A DNA stretch of 64,000 nt from Treponemataceae bacterium. Lineage in GTDB: Bacteria; Spirochaetota; Spirochaetia; Treponematales; Rectinemataceae. Made by a program: the position numbers and the translations under genes. Where the stretch lies: NCBI GenBank assembly GCA_963667725.2, contig CAXXHO010000003.1, positions 2,240,001 to 2,304,000 on the forward strand. The letters run 5' to 3'. Under the pieces are notes generated by a model. It made no database searches, was not told the origin of the DNA, and saw only the letters and a list, made by a program, of their open reading frames with translations. Positions 9,435-18,601 of the stretch are shown here, in pieces. Numbering within the stretch: position 1 is the stretch's first letter; each line of letters opens with the position of its first letter.

Positions 9435-10415
9435 ATGACTGATATTTGGAAGGATTCCCCGATGATCGGGAAGAGACTCGCCGACGTAGAGGCCATACTG
9501 GCCGAGACCTTGAGCGACTCTTCGTACCCCCTCGCGGCCGAAACGAAGGAAATCGTCCTCTCGGGCGGCAAGATGCTGAGACCAGCCTTTGTCCTCATGG
9601 GAGCCGGCTTCGGCAAACAAGGCAAAAAATCAGGCGACCGCGACAGGATAAACCACATAGCCGCGTCCATCGAGATGATCCATACCGCCAGCCTCATCCA
9701 CGACGATGTCCTCGACCGGGCCGATATCAGAAGGGGCGTGCCGACCCTCCATACGCGTTTCGGCGTCACGAACGCCATCCTGGCCGGCGACTGGCTCTTC
9801 TCCAGGAGCTTCAGGCTCGTGGCCGACTACGCCGACAATAAAAGCGCGCGGGTGCTCGCCCGATTCATGGGCAGCGTCTGCTCGGCCGAAATCCACCAGG
9901 ACCTTTCCAAATTCCGCTACGCCACATCGCGCCGCGGCTATCTGCGGACGATTGCGGGAAAAACGGCTGCGCTTTTTTCTCTGTCGCTCCATGTAGGGGC
10001 GAGCGAGGCCAAGGCTGGCGCCACCCTGACCCAGGCATTGAGGCGCGCGGGCTACGATATCGGCATGGCCTTCCAGATCATCGACGACATTCTCGACTAC
10101 GAATCCGACGACAAGACGCTCCGCAAGCCCGTCGGCAACGATATAAAGGAAGGGCTCTGCACCCTCCCCCTGATTTTCGCCATGAAGCGAGATGAAGCCG
10201 CTCTGCGTCCTCTTCTCGGAAAAGAAGGCATGAACGACGAGAACGTCGCTCGCGTACTGAAGATCGTCTCCGACACCGGCGCCCTGGAGCATGCCAGGAG
10301 CGTCGCGCGTCATTTCACCGCCAGGGCGCTCAAGGAAATAGATATGCTCCCCCCCTGCGCCGCGAGGGACGACCTGCTTTCCATCACCCAAAAACTTCTC
10401 ACGCGGACCTACTGA
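9435..10415 (+). CDS. long-chain polyprenyl diphosphate synthase (HepT/IspB-like)
   Basis: GGKMLRP, HDDVLD...RRG, KTA and FQIIDDILD motifs. Confidence 0.93.
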   Translation: MTDIWKDSPMIGKRLADVEAILAETLSDSSYPLAAETKEIVLSGGKMLRPAFVLMGAGFGKQGKKSGDRDRINHIAASIEMIHTASLIHDDVLDRADIRRGVPTLHTRFGVTNAILAGDWLFSRSFRLVADYADNKSARVLARFMGSVCSAEIHQDLSKFRYATSRRGYLRTIAGKTAALFSLSLHVGASEAKAGATLTQALRRAGYDIGMAFQIIDDILDYESDDKTLRKPVGNDIKEGLCTLPLIFAMKRDEAALRPLLGKEGMNDENVARVLKIVSDTGALEHARSVARHFTARALKEIDMLPPCAARDDLLSITQKLLTRTY

Positions 10416-10440
10416 GGCGGCCGCGCACTAGGGGCTTTTC

Positions 10441-11025
10441 GTGCTTACGAATTTCCTGATCGGACTCGCGCTTTCCATGGACGCTTTCGCGGTTTCGGTG
10501 TCGGCCTCGATATGCACCACAGCCATCCCGGTGGCGATTGGGCTCAGGGCCGCCTTCTTTTTCGGAATTTTCCAGTTCGCCATGCCCATAGCGGGCTGGC
10601 TTCTCGGCGGCACCTTCAAGCAGCTGATTCAAAGCTATGACCACTGGATCGCCTTCGTCCTCCTCGCCTTCGTCGGCGGGAAGATGATCTACGAAGGAAT
10701 CCGCGCCCGGAACCCCCAGAACTGCCCCGACCCCGACGAGGAAAAAAGCCACGGCATCATGAAGCTGAATACCCTCATCGTGCTTTCGGTGGCCACCAGC
10801 ATCGACGCCCTCGCCGTGGGCCTATCCTATAGCATGATCAGTTCGCCCATCATGATTCCGGCCATCGTCATAGGCGCGACCACCTTCGTCACCTGCGCCT
10901 TGGGCATCCAGTTCGGCAGGAAACTGAAGAACGTCCTCGAAGAGTGGGCCGAAATCGTCGGCGGCTCGGTCCTCGTCCTCATCGGACTCAAGATCGTAAT
11001 AGAGCATTTAATCAATCATGTTTAA
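10441..11025 (+). CDS. mntP: manganese efflux pump MntP
   Basis: ALSMDAFAVS and ATSIDALAVG repeats, DHWIAF, about six TM segments. Confidence 0.92.
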   Translation: MLTNFLIGLALSMDAFAVSVSASICTTAIPVAIGLRAAFFFGIFQFAMPIAGWLLGGTFKQLIQSYDHWIAFVLLAFVGGKMIYEGIRARNPQNCPDPDEEKSHGIMKLNTLIVLSVATSIDALAVGLSYSMISSPIMIPAIVIGATTFVTCALGIQFGRKLKNVLEEWAEIVGGSVLVLIGLKIVIEHLINHV

Positions 11026-11080
11026 AAAATGCGCATAAATTCGACTCTGAAATTGCTGAATATCAAGCTATACTGTTCCA

Positions 11081-12448
11081 ATGCCGCTGTCGCAAGAGGG
11101 AAAAACAAAAATCATGCTTAGGCGATGGATCCTTGCCGCGGGGATCCTTCTTGCCCTCGCATCCATGCTGCTTTTTGTGGTGGATGTTCGGAATTCGCAG
11201 CGCCAGCGCAATTCGATGGAGTATGCGGCCGACATACTACAGATGCGCGCGAGACGAACCGCGGAGCTGGCGGAAGCCATCGAAACCATTTCCTACCAGT
11301 TCCTCACGAACCAGATACTCAACGACACCTTGTCTTCCTATATAACAGACAGCGAGGATTATGATGTCAGCCGATGGAATGTAATCTTCTCGGAATACAT
11401 CGAGGGATTAGCCGAAACGGTTCCCGAACTACGGGACGCTGTTTTTTTCGATGCCACCGGAAAAAACCGAATTCCGCTGACGATGAGCGATTCGCTGACG
11501 CGCTCGCTGTGGATTCCGGTGAGAGCCGCGATAATGGGTAAAGCGCTCATAGCGGACGGGCGGACAACATGGGGAATACTGAGCGGCGGCGGGGAGTTCG
11601 ATGAACAGAGCGACGGCCCGACGCCCTCCATCCTCCTCTGCGCCCGTCTCATCAAGCGCAGATCGGACCACAAGGCTCTCGGTGTTCTCATACTTCTCAT
11701 CGATCCGGACAGGCTTGCCAGGACGGTGAGCGGCTACTCCCAGGACGAGGGCATCGCCGTATCGCAAAAGACCGATTACAGCGTTCTGATGGAGGGGCAA
11801 GGAACCATACTCGCCTCCGTGGATCCCGCCTTCGCGATGAAGCCGGTGGCGGAAGCCATACCAGGCTACAAGGAGCACTTCAGCGGCAAAACACCCATTG
11901 CCGAGGCTGGAAGCTATAAGTACCGGGCAGTCATGGGCGAAAGCGGGAAGACGGCCTCGTACGGGGTTGTCTATTGCCCCATTCCCGATAGGGAATGGAC
12001 GCTTATCTCAATATTGCCACTATCGAGCAACGTGCTTTCGATACTAGGGAAGATCGCCCTCGGCATGGGCTTTTTAGGCGCCATCTGGCTTATATACTCA
12101 ACATTAAGGAATCTGGCAGCGGACAAAACCGTCGCCGTCGAAGCCTCGGCTTTACGCTCCAAACAACTCACCGAACTGCCCCCTTGGTATTCCGCGCTGA
12201 CGCCCAAGGAGCAGACCATCCTCCTCTTCCTTCTTACGGGGAAGAGCAACAAGGAAATAGCCTATCTGCTCGACATCCGCGAACAGACCGTCAAGAATCA
12301 CCTTCATGCCATCTACCAGCAGATAGGCGCCAAAGACCGATTCTCCGCCCTCATACTCATGCAGGAAGCAGGACTCACCCTCGAATCCCTGCGTCTCTAC
12401 ACCGAATCGCACCCGGAATTCTGCGCCGATTCGCGTCTTTTCTGCTAA
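11081..12448 (+). CDS. membrane-anchored Cache-domain sensor fused to a LuxR-type HTH
   Basis: TM1 near aa 15-33; extracytoplasmic domain ending YGVVYCPIPDREWTLISILP; TM2; then LTPKEQTIL...GKSNKEIA...EQTVKNHLHAIYQQIG. Alternative start at 11114. Confidence 0.85.
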   Translation: MPLSQEGKTKIMLRRWILAAGILLALASMLLFVVDVRNSQRQRNSMEYAADILQMRARRTAELAEAIETISYQFLTNQILNDTLSSYITDSEDYDVSRWNVIFSEYIEGLAETVPELRDAVFFDATGKNRIPLTMSDSLTRSLWIPVRAAIMGKALIADGRTTWGILSGGGEFDEQSDGPTPSILLCARLIKRRSDHKALGVLILLIDPDRLARTVSGYSQDEGIAVSQKTDYSVLMEGQGTILASVDPAFAMKPVAEAIPGYKEHFSGKTPIAEAGSYKYRAVMGESGKTASYGVVYCPIPDREWTLISILPLSSNVLSILGKIALGMGFLGAIWLIYSTLRNLAADKTVAVEASALRSKQLTELPPWYSALTPKEQTILLFLLTGKSNKEIAYLLDIREQTVKNHLHAIYQQIGAKDRFSALILMQEAGLTLESLRLYTESHPEFCADSRLFC

Positions 12449-12459
12449 AAAGCCCCAAA

Positions 12460-12504
12460 AGTACCAAAGTACTCGTTGCCGGTTTCGAAAACCCTCCTGA
12501 AAAT
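12460..12504 (+). promoter_or_regulatory. inverted-repeat operator plus promoter of the ABC operon
   Basis: AGTAC-caaa-GTACT (12460-12473) lies 2 bp upstream of TTGCCG-17 bp-GAAAAT. Confidence 0.55.
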
Positions 12505-12530
12505 GAACAATCACGTTCAAGGAGGAATGC

Positions 12531-13520
12531 ATGAAACGTGCACTACTGTTAATCATGGTTCTGCTCTCGGCGGGAATCGTTCCGGCCATCGCTCAGGGAA
12601 AAGAAAAGCTGATGGTTTACACCTCGATGAAGGAAGTACTGATCGGCGAGCTCAGGGATGGCTTCGTCAAAAAGTATCCGAATATCCAATTCGACTACTA
12701 TTCAGCGGGTGCCGGCAAGATCATGGCCAAGATAGCGGCCGAGCGGCAGTCGGGAAAACTCGTGGTCGACGTTCTTTGGACCAGCGAGGTTCCCGATTTC
12801 TACGCCCTTAAAAAAGAAGGCGTTCTGCAGAAGTACAAATCGCCTGAGGCTCAGTACGTGGTGAGCCCCCTCATCGACCCGGATTACGAGTTCACCCCCG
12901 CCCGCCTCGGCACCTTGGGCGTGACCTACAATACCAACAAGATCAAGACGCCGCCCACCCAGTGGTCCGACCTCTTCGGTCCCGCGTGGAAGGACAGCTT
13001 CGCCATCGCCAATCCGGCCCTCTCCGGCACCGCCATGGTCTCCGTAGGCATGATTGCCGAAAACCTCGGTTGGGACTATTTCACCAAGCTGCGCGCCAAC
13101 GGCGGCAAGCTCGGACAGGGCTCTGGCCAGGTCGTCGATGACACCGCTGCCGGAGACCTTGTCGGCTGCATCGGCGTCGACTATATCACTATCGATAAGA
13201 TCAAGCTGGGCGCCCCGCTCGGCTTCGCATATCCCAAGGAAATGCTCGTTGTTCCGAGCCCGGTCGCCATTTTCAAAGGCACGAAGAACCTCTCCGCCGC
13301 CCAGAAATTCGTCGATTACCTCCTCTCCAAGGAAGGTCAGACGATAATCGCCGGCAACTATACCCTCCCCATCCGGAAAGACGTACCGATCGTCCAGGGC
13401 GTCGGCCTCGTGACGCCGGAAGAAGCGGTCAAGAGAGCCATGAAGATCGATTACCTCAAACTCATGGTTGAAAAGCAGGCCACTATCGACAAGTTCACCG
13501 CGACAATGCAGAAGAAATAG
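12531..13520 (+). CDS. ABC transporter substrate-binding protein (Fe3+/AfuA-like family)
   Basis: Signal peptide, LMVYTS, ANPALSGTA, AAQKFVDYLLSKEGQ. Confidence 0.88.
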   Translation: MKRALLLIMVLLSAGIVPAIAQGKEKLMVYTSMKEVLIGELRDGFVKKYPNIQFDYYSAGAGKIMAKIAAERQSGKLVVDVLWTSEVPDFYALKKEGVLQKYKSPEAQYVVSPLIDPDYEFTPARLGTLGVTYNTNKIKTPPTQWSDLFGPAWKDSFAIANPALSGTAMVSVGMIAENLGWDYFTKLRANGGKLGQGSGQVVDDTAAGDLVGCIGVDYITIDKIKLGAPLGFAYPKEMLVVPSPVAIFKGTKNLSAAQKFVDYLLSKEGQTIIAGNYTLPIRKDVPIVQGVGLVTPEEAVKRAMKIDYLKLMVEKQATIDKFTATMQKK

Positions 13521-13658
13521 AGCGGGCGAGCAAGCGCGTCGGGCAGAAAATCCATCCACCCGGCGCGATCCCGCCTACAATCCGGGCAGGCGGCCCAAAC
13601 CGTAGCGCCGTCCCTCGCCTGGACGCGAATTCACCAAATTTTACAAGGAGACCTAAGC

Positions 13659-14765
13659 ATGGCTGATCTTCAGCTGTCGGGAGTATCGAAATCATACGGG
13701 ACGAGAAAAGTCCTCGACGGCCTCGATCTCACCATAAAATCGGGGGAGTGCTTTACTCTCCTTGGTCCTTCGGGATGCGGAAAAACTGTGATCTTGCGTC
13801 TCATCGCCGGATTCGAAACACCGGACGCCGGAACCGTCAGCATCGGGAGCAAGGTCGTGGCCGACGCGAAGCACGCTCTGCCGCCCGAGGAACGTCATAT
13901 TGGCGTCGTCTTCCAGGACTATGCCGTCTGGCCTCATAAAACCGTTCATGAAAACATCTCCTATCCTCTCGAAATCGCCAAAACATCCAAGGAAAAGACC
14001 GCCGAAGCCGTAAAGAAAGCGATCGACCAAGTAGGCCTCAAGGGCCTCGCCAACCGCTATCCCTACCAGCTTTCCGGCGGCCAGCAGCAGCGCGTAGCCC
14101 TCGCCCGCGCGCTCGTGACCGCACCCAGCGTCATGCTCCTCGACGAACCGCTGACGAATCTGGACGCGAATCTGCGCGAAGAGATGCGCTTCGAGATAAA
14201 AGAACTCCAGCGCAAGACGGGCACGACCATTTTCTATGTCACCCACGACCAGGAAGTCGCCCTCGCGATCTCCGACCGAATGGCGATCATGGACGAAGAG
14301 GGAAAAATCAGGCAGACGGGAACGCCTGACGAGGTCTACGAACAGCCGGTGAACGAATTCGTGCACCAATTCCTCGGTATCCCCAACTACATCCCCTTCG
14401 AGATTCGCGACGGCTCGGCCTTCATTTCGGCTGGCGGCCCAAAAGGCGCGGCCGACATTCGCATTCCAGCGGCGCCGCCGGCGGCGTTCCGTGATAAGGC
14501 GGGGAAAGCAGCCTGCAGACCGATGGATATTCGAATGGAGAAGAACGCTGAGGCCGCGGACACTCTCCCGGCTAAAGTCCTACGACTCTCTCTCCTGGGG
14601 CCTATCATCGACTACCTTGTCGAAGTGGGCGGCGTTCAGCTCCGCGCGCAGATGCAGACCGAGGAAGCCACGGCGCGCGACATGATCATCGCGGAAGGCG
14701 ATGCATGCGGCCTGCGATTCACCAACCTCATGTGGTTCGGCATCGATGGGGAGGCAGTACGATGA
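13659..14765 (+). CDS. ABC transporter ATP-binding protein (FbpC/PotA-like)
   Basis: GPSGCGKT, LSGGQQQR, LLDEP. Confidence 0.95.
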   Translation: MADLQLSGVSKSYGTRKVLDGLDLTIKSGECFTLLGPSGCGKTVILRLIAGFETPDAGTVSIGSKVVADAKHALPPEERHIGVVFQDYAVWPHKTVHENISYPLEIAKTSKEKTAEAVKKAIDQVGLKGLANRYPYQLSGGQQQRVALARALVTAPSVMLLDEPLTNLDANLREEMRFEIKELQRKTGTTIFYVTHDQEVALAISDRMAIMDEEGKIRQTGTPDEVYEQPVNEFVHQFLGIPNYIPFEIRDGSAFISAGGPKGAADIRIPAAPPAAFRDKAGKAACRPMDIRMEKNAEAADTLPAKVLRLSLLGPIIDYLVEVGGVQLRAQMQTEEATARDMIIAEGDACGLRFTNLMWFGIDGEAVR

Positions 14766-16462
14766 ACAGCGGCAAGAAGATCAACACGGCGAACCTCGTC
14801 CTGATATTCTCGATTCTCGTCCTCGTCATAGTCGTGGCGGTGCCCGTCATACTCATCTTCATCACCGCCTTCTTCGAGAATGGCAAGTTCAACATCGCCG
14901 GCGTGATGAAAATCCTCTCTGATCCCGACACCTACCAGGCACTCCTCAACTCGGTGATTATCGCTGCCGGCGTAACCCTCGTCTCGACGACGATCGGCAC
15001 CTTTTTCGCCTGGCTCGTCGCCCGCACTGACCTGCCCTTCAAGAAAATCATGAAGGCGCTCTTCCTCGTTCCCTTCATGCTGCCATCCTTTATCGGCGCG
15101 CTCGCGTGGAAAGTCCTCCTCTCATCCCGGGCCGGCTACATCAACAAGCTCCTCATCGCCATGTTCGGCCTCGAAAAGGCGCCTATCGACATCATGAGTC
15201 TCGGCGGCATAATCGCCATCGAGAGCATGTACCTATTCCCCTTCGTCTTCCTCCAAGTGGCCGGAGCCCTCGAGCGAATGGACCCCACGCTGGAAGAATC
15301 CGCCCGCATTTCGGGCGCGGGCCTTGGCACGATCACCCGCAGGATCACCCTGCCCCTCGTCATGCCGAGCATCCTGGCAGGAGCCCTTCTCGTTGCCCTC
15401 TACTCCCTCTCGCATTTCGGCGTGCCCTCGATTTTGGGTACCGAGAAAGGCATCTATAACATCCCCACCAAGATCTACGAGCGGATCTACGCCTCGGGAG
15501 GCTCCTTCGGGGCGATCCGCGTAGGCACCATCCTGTCCATGATCCTCGTCATCGCGGCAGCCCTCATCCTCAAACTGCAGGACGTTCTCCTCAAAAAAGG
15601 ACAGTATCAGATCATCGCCGGCAAAAGCATGCGTCCCATGGTACTCAAGCTGCGCGGTCTCAAGATCCCCCTTCTCATCATCAGCGTCATCTATATCGCG
15701 ATAACGGTCATCCTTCCCACCGTCACGATCTTCATGGTCGGCGGCCTCAAGACCTACGGCCTACCCTTCGCCGCCAAGAGCATGACCTGGGACAATTACC
15801 TGAAAATCTTTCAGTGGAAGATGACGAGGGACGCCATCTGGAATTCGATTTACCTATCGCTCGGCGCGGCCTTCGTGACCATGCTGGCGGGGACAATGAT
15901 CTCTTATGTCATCGTCAAGATGAAGGTGCGAGGCAAATTTATGCTTCAGTTCCTCGGCGTGCTGCCCTTCTCCCTGCCCGGAACGGTCATAGCCCTGGGC
16001 GTGATCCTCACCTGGAGCGGCAGGTTCGGCGTGAACCTCTACAACACGCCCTGGATCATCTTCGTGGCATACATTGCCCGGTATATGGCCTTCTCCATCA
16101 AATCGAATTCGGCATCGCTTTCGCAGGTCTCGGATTCGCTCGAAGAGGCGAGCCGCGCCTGCGGAGCGACACACTGGCAGAGTCTCAAGGATATCGTCAT
16201 CCCCTTAATAAAGCCGGGCATGATCAGCGCCTTCTTCCTCATCTTCCTGCCCGCTCTCCGCGAGCTGACGACATCGGTGCTTCTGTATGGACCGACGACA
16301 AGGACGATAGGCGTCGCCATCTACGCCCTCAACGAGGACGGCGAGACGGTGCGCGCGGCAGCCCTGGCCAGCGTCGCCCTTCTCATCATATTCATGGGCG
16401 AGGCTATCATACGCAAATTTTTGGCCCAGCTGGACAAGCCCAGGGCGAAGGTGGAGGAATAA
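14762..16462 (+). CDS. ABC transporter permease (FbpB-like, two BPD domains)
   Basis: Two EAA loops (LEESARISGA, LEEASRACGA); ATG at 14762 overlaps the upstream stop. Confidence 0.93.
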   Translation: MNSGKKINTANLVLIFSILVLVIVVAVPVILIFITAFFENGKFNIAGVMKILSDPDTYQALLNSVIIAAGVTLVSTTIGTFFAWLVARTDLPFKKIMKALFLVPFMLPSFIGALAWKVLLSSRAGYINKLLIAMFGLEKAPIDIMSLGGIIAIESMYLFPFVFLQVAGALERMDPTLEESARISGAGLGTITRRITLPLVMPSILAGALLVALYSLSHFGVPSILGTEKGIYNIPTKIYERIYASGGSFGAIRVGTILSMILVIAAALILKLQDVLLKKGQYQIIAGKSMRPMVLKLRGLKIPLLIISVIYIAITVILPTVTIFMVGGLKTYGLPFAAKSMTWDNYLKIFQWKMTRDAIWNSIYLSLGAAFVTMLAGTMISYVIVKMKVRGKFMLQFLGVLPFSLPGTVIALGVILTWSGRFGVNLYNTPWIIFVAYIARYMAFSIKSNSASLSQVSDSLEEASRACGATHWQSLKDIVIPLIKPGMISAFFLIFLPALRELTTSVLLYGPTTRTIGVAIYALNEDGETVRAAALASVALLIIFMGEAIIRKFLAQLDKPRAKVEE

Positions 16463-16466
16463 GGCG

Positions 16467-17558
16467 ATGGTGCAGCTAAAACTCGTAGACGTTACCAAGC
16501 GCTTCGGCGAAGTCATCGCGGTGAACAGGCTCAATCTCGAGGTGGAGAAGGGCGAATGCTTCTCCTTTCTCGGTCCTTCCGGATGCGGCAAGACGACGAC
16601 ACTCCGCATGATCGCCGGGTTCGAGGACCTGGACGAGGGGGAACTCTCCGTCGACGGAAAGGTTTTTTCGTCCAGCTTCAAGAAATACTATCTCCCTCCC
16701 GAGCAGAGGGATTTCGGCATGGTCTTCCAGGCATTCGCCGTCTGGCCTCATCTGACGGTACGCGACAACGTGGCCTTCCCGCTGCAGATCCGCAGGCGGC
16801 CCAAGCAGGAAATCGCCGAGCGTGTAAAGATGGCGCTGCAGAGCACCGGCCTTACGCATCGTGAGGCGAGCTATCCGGGCAAGCTCTCGGGCGGAGAGCA
16901 GCAGCGGATAGCGCTCGCACGAGCCATCGCCATCAATCCGAAGGTGATGCTTCTCGACGAGCCACTGTCGAACCTCGACGCCAAGCTTCGCGAGGAAATG
17001 CGCTTCGAAATAAAGGACCTGCAGAAAAAATTCGGCTTCACCATCATCTACGTGACCCATGATCAGGCGGAGGCGATGGCGCTATCGGACCGCATGCTCG
17101 TCATGGATCACGGCATAGTGCAGCAAATCGGGAAGCCGCTCGACATATACAACAAACCCGCGAACAAATTCGTGTTCTCGTTCATCGGACTGTCGAATTT
17201 CATACCGGTGGATATCGCGAGCGGCAAGGCTAGCGTAGCGGGCGCTGAGGGCGCCCTGAGCCATAGGGCTCCCGCGGAATTCGGAAACAGGGCTTTGATG
17301 GCATGCAGACCCTCGGACATCGACTTTGTGGGACATGGGGCCATGGATTCCGGCAATGTTGATAATATCGGCGCGGGCGACGCGACGACGGAGGCCCTGG
17401 TGGCGAGACGAACCTACCTGGGCGACATCATCGACTACAAGCTCGCGGTCGGCAACATCGAACTGCGGGTGCAGAAACCCCGCCATGAGAAGGGACCGGC
17501 CGAGGGCGCGCGCTGCAGGATTCGCATCAACAGGACTCTCTGGTATCCTGCCGTTTAG
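16467..17558 (+). CDS. second ABC transporter ATP-binding protein
   Basis: GPSGCGKTT, LSGGEQQR, LLDEP. Confidence 0.95.
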   Translation: MVQLKLVDVTKRFGEVIAVNRLNLEVEKGECFSFLGPSGCGKTTTLRMIAGFEDLDEGELSVDGKVFSSSFKKYYLPPEQRDFGMVFQAFAVWPHLTVRDNVAFPLQIRRRPKQEIAERVKMALQSTGLTHREASYPGKLSGGEQQRIALARAIAINPKVMLLDEPLSNLDAKLREEMRFEIKDLQKKFGFTIIYVTHDQAEAMALSDRMLVMDHGIVQQIGKPLDIYNKPANKFVFSFIGLSNFIPVDIASGKASVAGAEGALSHRAPAEFGNRALMACRPSDIDFVGHGAMDSGNVDNIGAGDATTEALVARRTYLGDIIDYKLAVGNIELRVQKPRHEKGPAEGARCRIRINRTLWYPAV

Positions 17559-17632
17559 GGCAGATAGAAAGTCAGGAGAGGGCGGAGACGGAGAGCTTTT
17601 TTTCTCTTGCGCTGGCGCCGAGGCTGGCGTCA

Positions 17633-17672
17633 CGCCTCAGTATTTTCGGCGGCGAAGGGCACCCAGCCGCCG
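17633..17672 (-). repeat. duplicated copy of the leuD 3' end (direct repeat with 18004-18044)
   Basis: ggcggcgaagggcacccagccgccg (25 bp) is identical at 17648-17672 and 18020-18044; both copies also share cgcctcagta. Confidence 0.9.
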
Positions 17673-17676
17673 ACTT

Positions 17677-17877
17677 CTATTTCTTCTTCGTGCTGAATTT
17701 AAAGGGAATATAAAGCGGGCAGGTCCCGATGGCGCTCGTGGCGAGGAATACCAGCGCCAGTATTCCCAGGATGACGGCCGCGGTTCCGACAAGATTCCCG
17801 GTTATGATCAGGACGCCCACGACAAGCGCCAATACGAGCCTGATCACTTTATCCACCTTTCCCATATTCTTAATCAT
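17677..17877 (-). CDS. DUF2892/YgaP-like small membrane protein
   Basis: KNMGKVDKVIR, two TM segments, GTCPLYIPFKFST; GGAGG RBS. Confidence 0.88.
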   Translation of the reverse strand: MIKNMGKVDKVIRLVLALVVGVLIITGNLVGTAAVILGILALVFLATSAIGTCPLYIPFKFSTKKK

Positions 17878-17907
17878 GATAGCCTCCAGAAAACTAATCC
17901 TGATCAG

Positions 17908-17936
17908 AACATAACGACAGGCTCAAGATAAGTCAA
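17908..17936 (-). promoter_or_regulatory. sigma70 promoter of the DUF2892 gene
   Basis: TTGACT-17 bp-TATGTT on the minus strand. Confidence 0.55.
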
Positions 17937-18007
17937 AAACCTAACCCTCGGAGTATTGCGGCCTCTAGGCCTCGCGACCTTGTCGCCGAAGTGTAGATTG
18001 CCGCGCC

Positions 18008-18535
18008 TCAGTACTTATGGGCGGCGAAGGGCACCCAGCCGCCGGCCTTGACCATCGCTATCTCGAAGTCCCCCAGGACGAAGGGTACGGTCAGCTTCTC
18101 CCCGGATGAGGAGGAAAAACTCATCGTTCGGTCTTCGATGTCGAAGGACATTTCAGTGGGCTGGCCCGCGAAGCGCTCGAAAAGCGAGTTGATGCTGGCG
18201 GCCGGCAATTCGACGGCCACCATCCCGCAGTTGAACATGTTCCGCCGATAGATGCGGGCGAAACTTTCCGCGATCACCACGTTGATGCCGTTGGCCTCGA
18301 GAGCCCAGGGCGCGTGCTCGCGCGAGCTGCCACAGCCGAAGTTAGCCCTCGAGACGATAGCGCCCTTGCCCGGAATGTCGCGGAGCCTGTCGAAGCCCGG
18401 CAGCGCCAGGTCCTCGAAACAATACGGCCCCAGAGCCTCCCTGGAATCTTCGTTCAGATATCGGGCCGGGATAATCTCGTCGGTGTTTATGTCGTTCCTG
18501 TCGAGGAAAAGTACCGTGCCGCCCAACTGTTTCAT
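18008..18535 (-). CDS. leuD: 3-isopropylmalate dehydratase small subunit
   Basis: DINTDEIIP, NFGCGSSREHA, SFARIY. Confidence 0.9.
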   Translation of the reverse strand: MKQLGGTVLFLDRNDINTDEIIPARYLNEDSREALGPYCFEDLALPGFDRLRDIPGKGAIVSRANFGCGSSREHAPWALEANGINVVIAESFARIYRRNMFNCGMVAVELPAASINSLFERFAGQPTEMSFDIEDRTMSFSSSSGEKLTVPFVLGDFEIAMVKAGGWVPFAAHKY

Positions 18536-18601
18536 GGTGAAAATCCTCCCTATAAGCTTGTGTGAAAGGCCGAGGCGCCGGCGCGCGGCGCCTGGGCAGC
18601 C

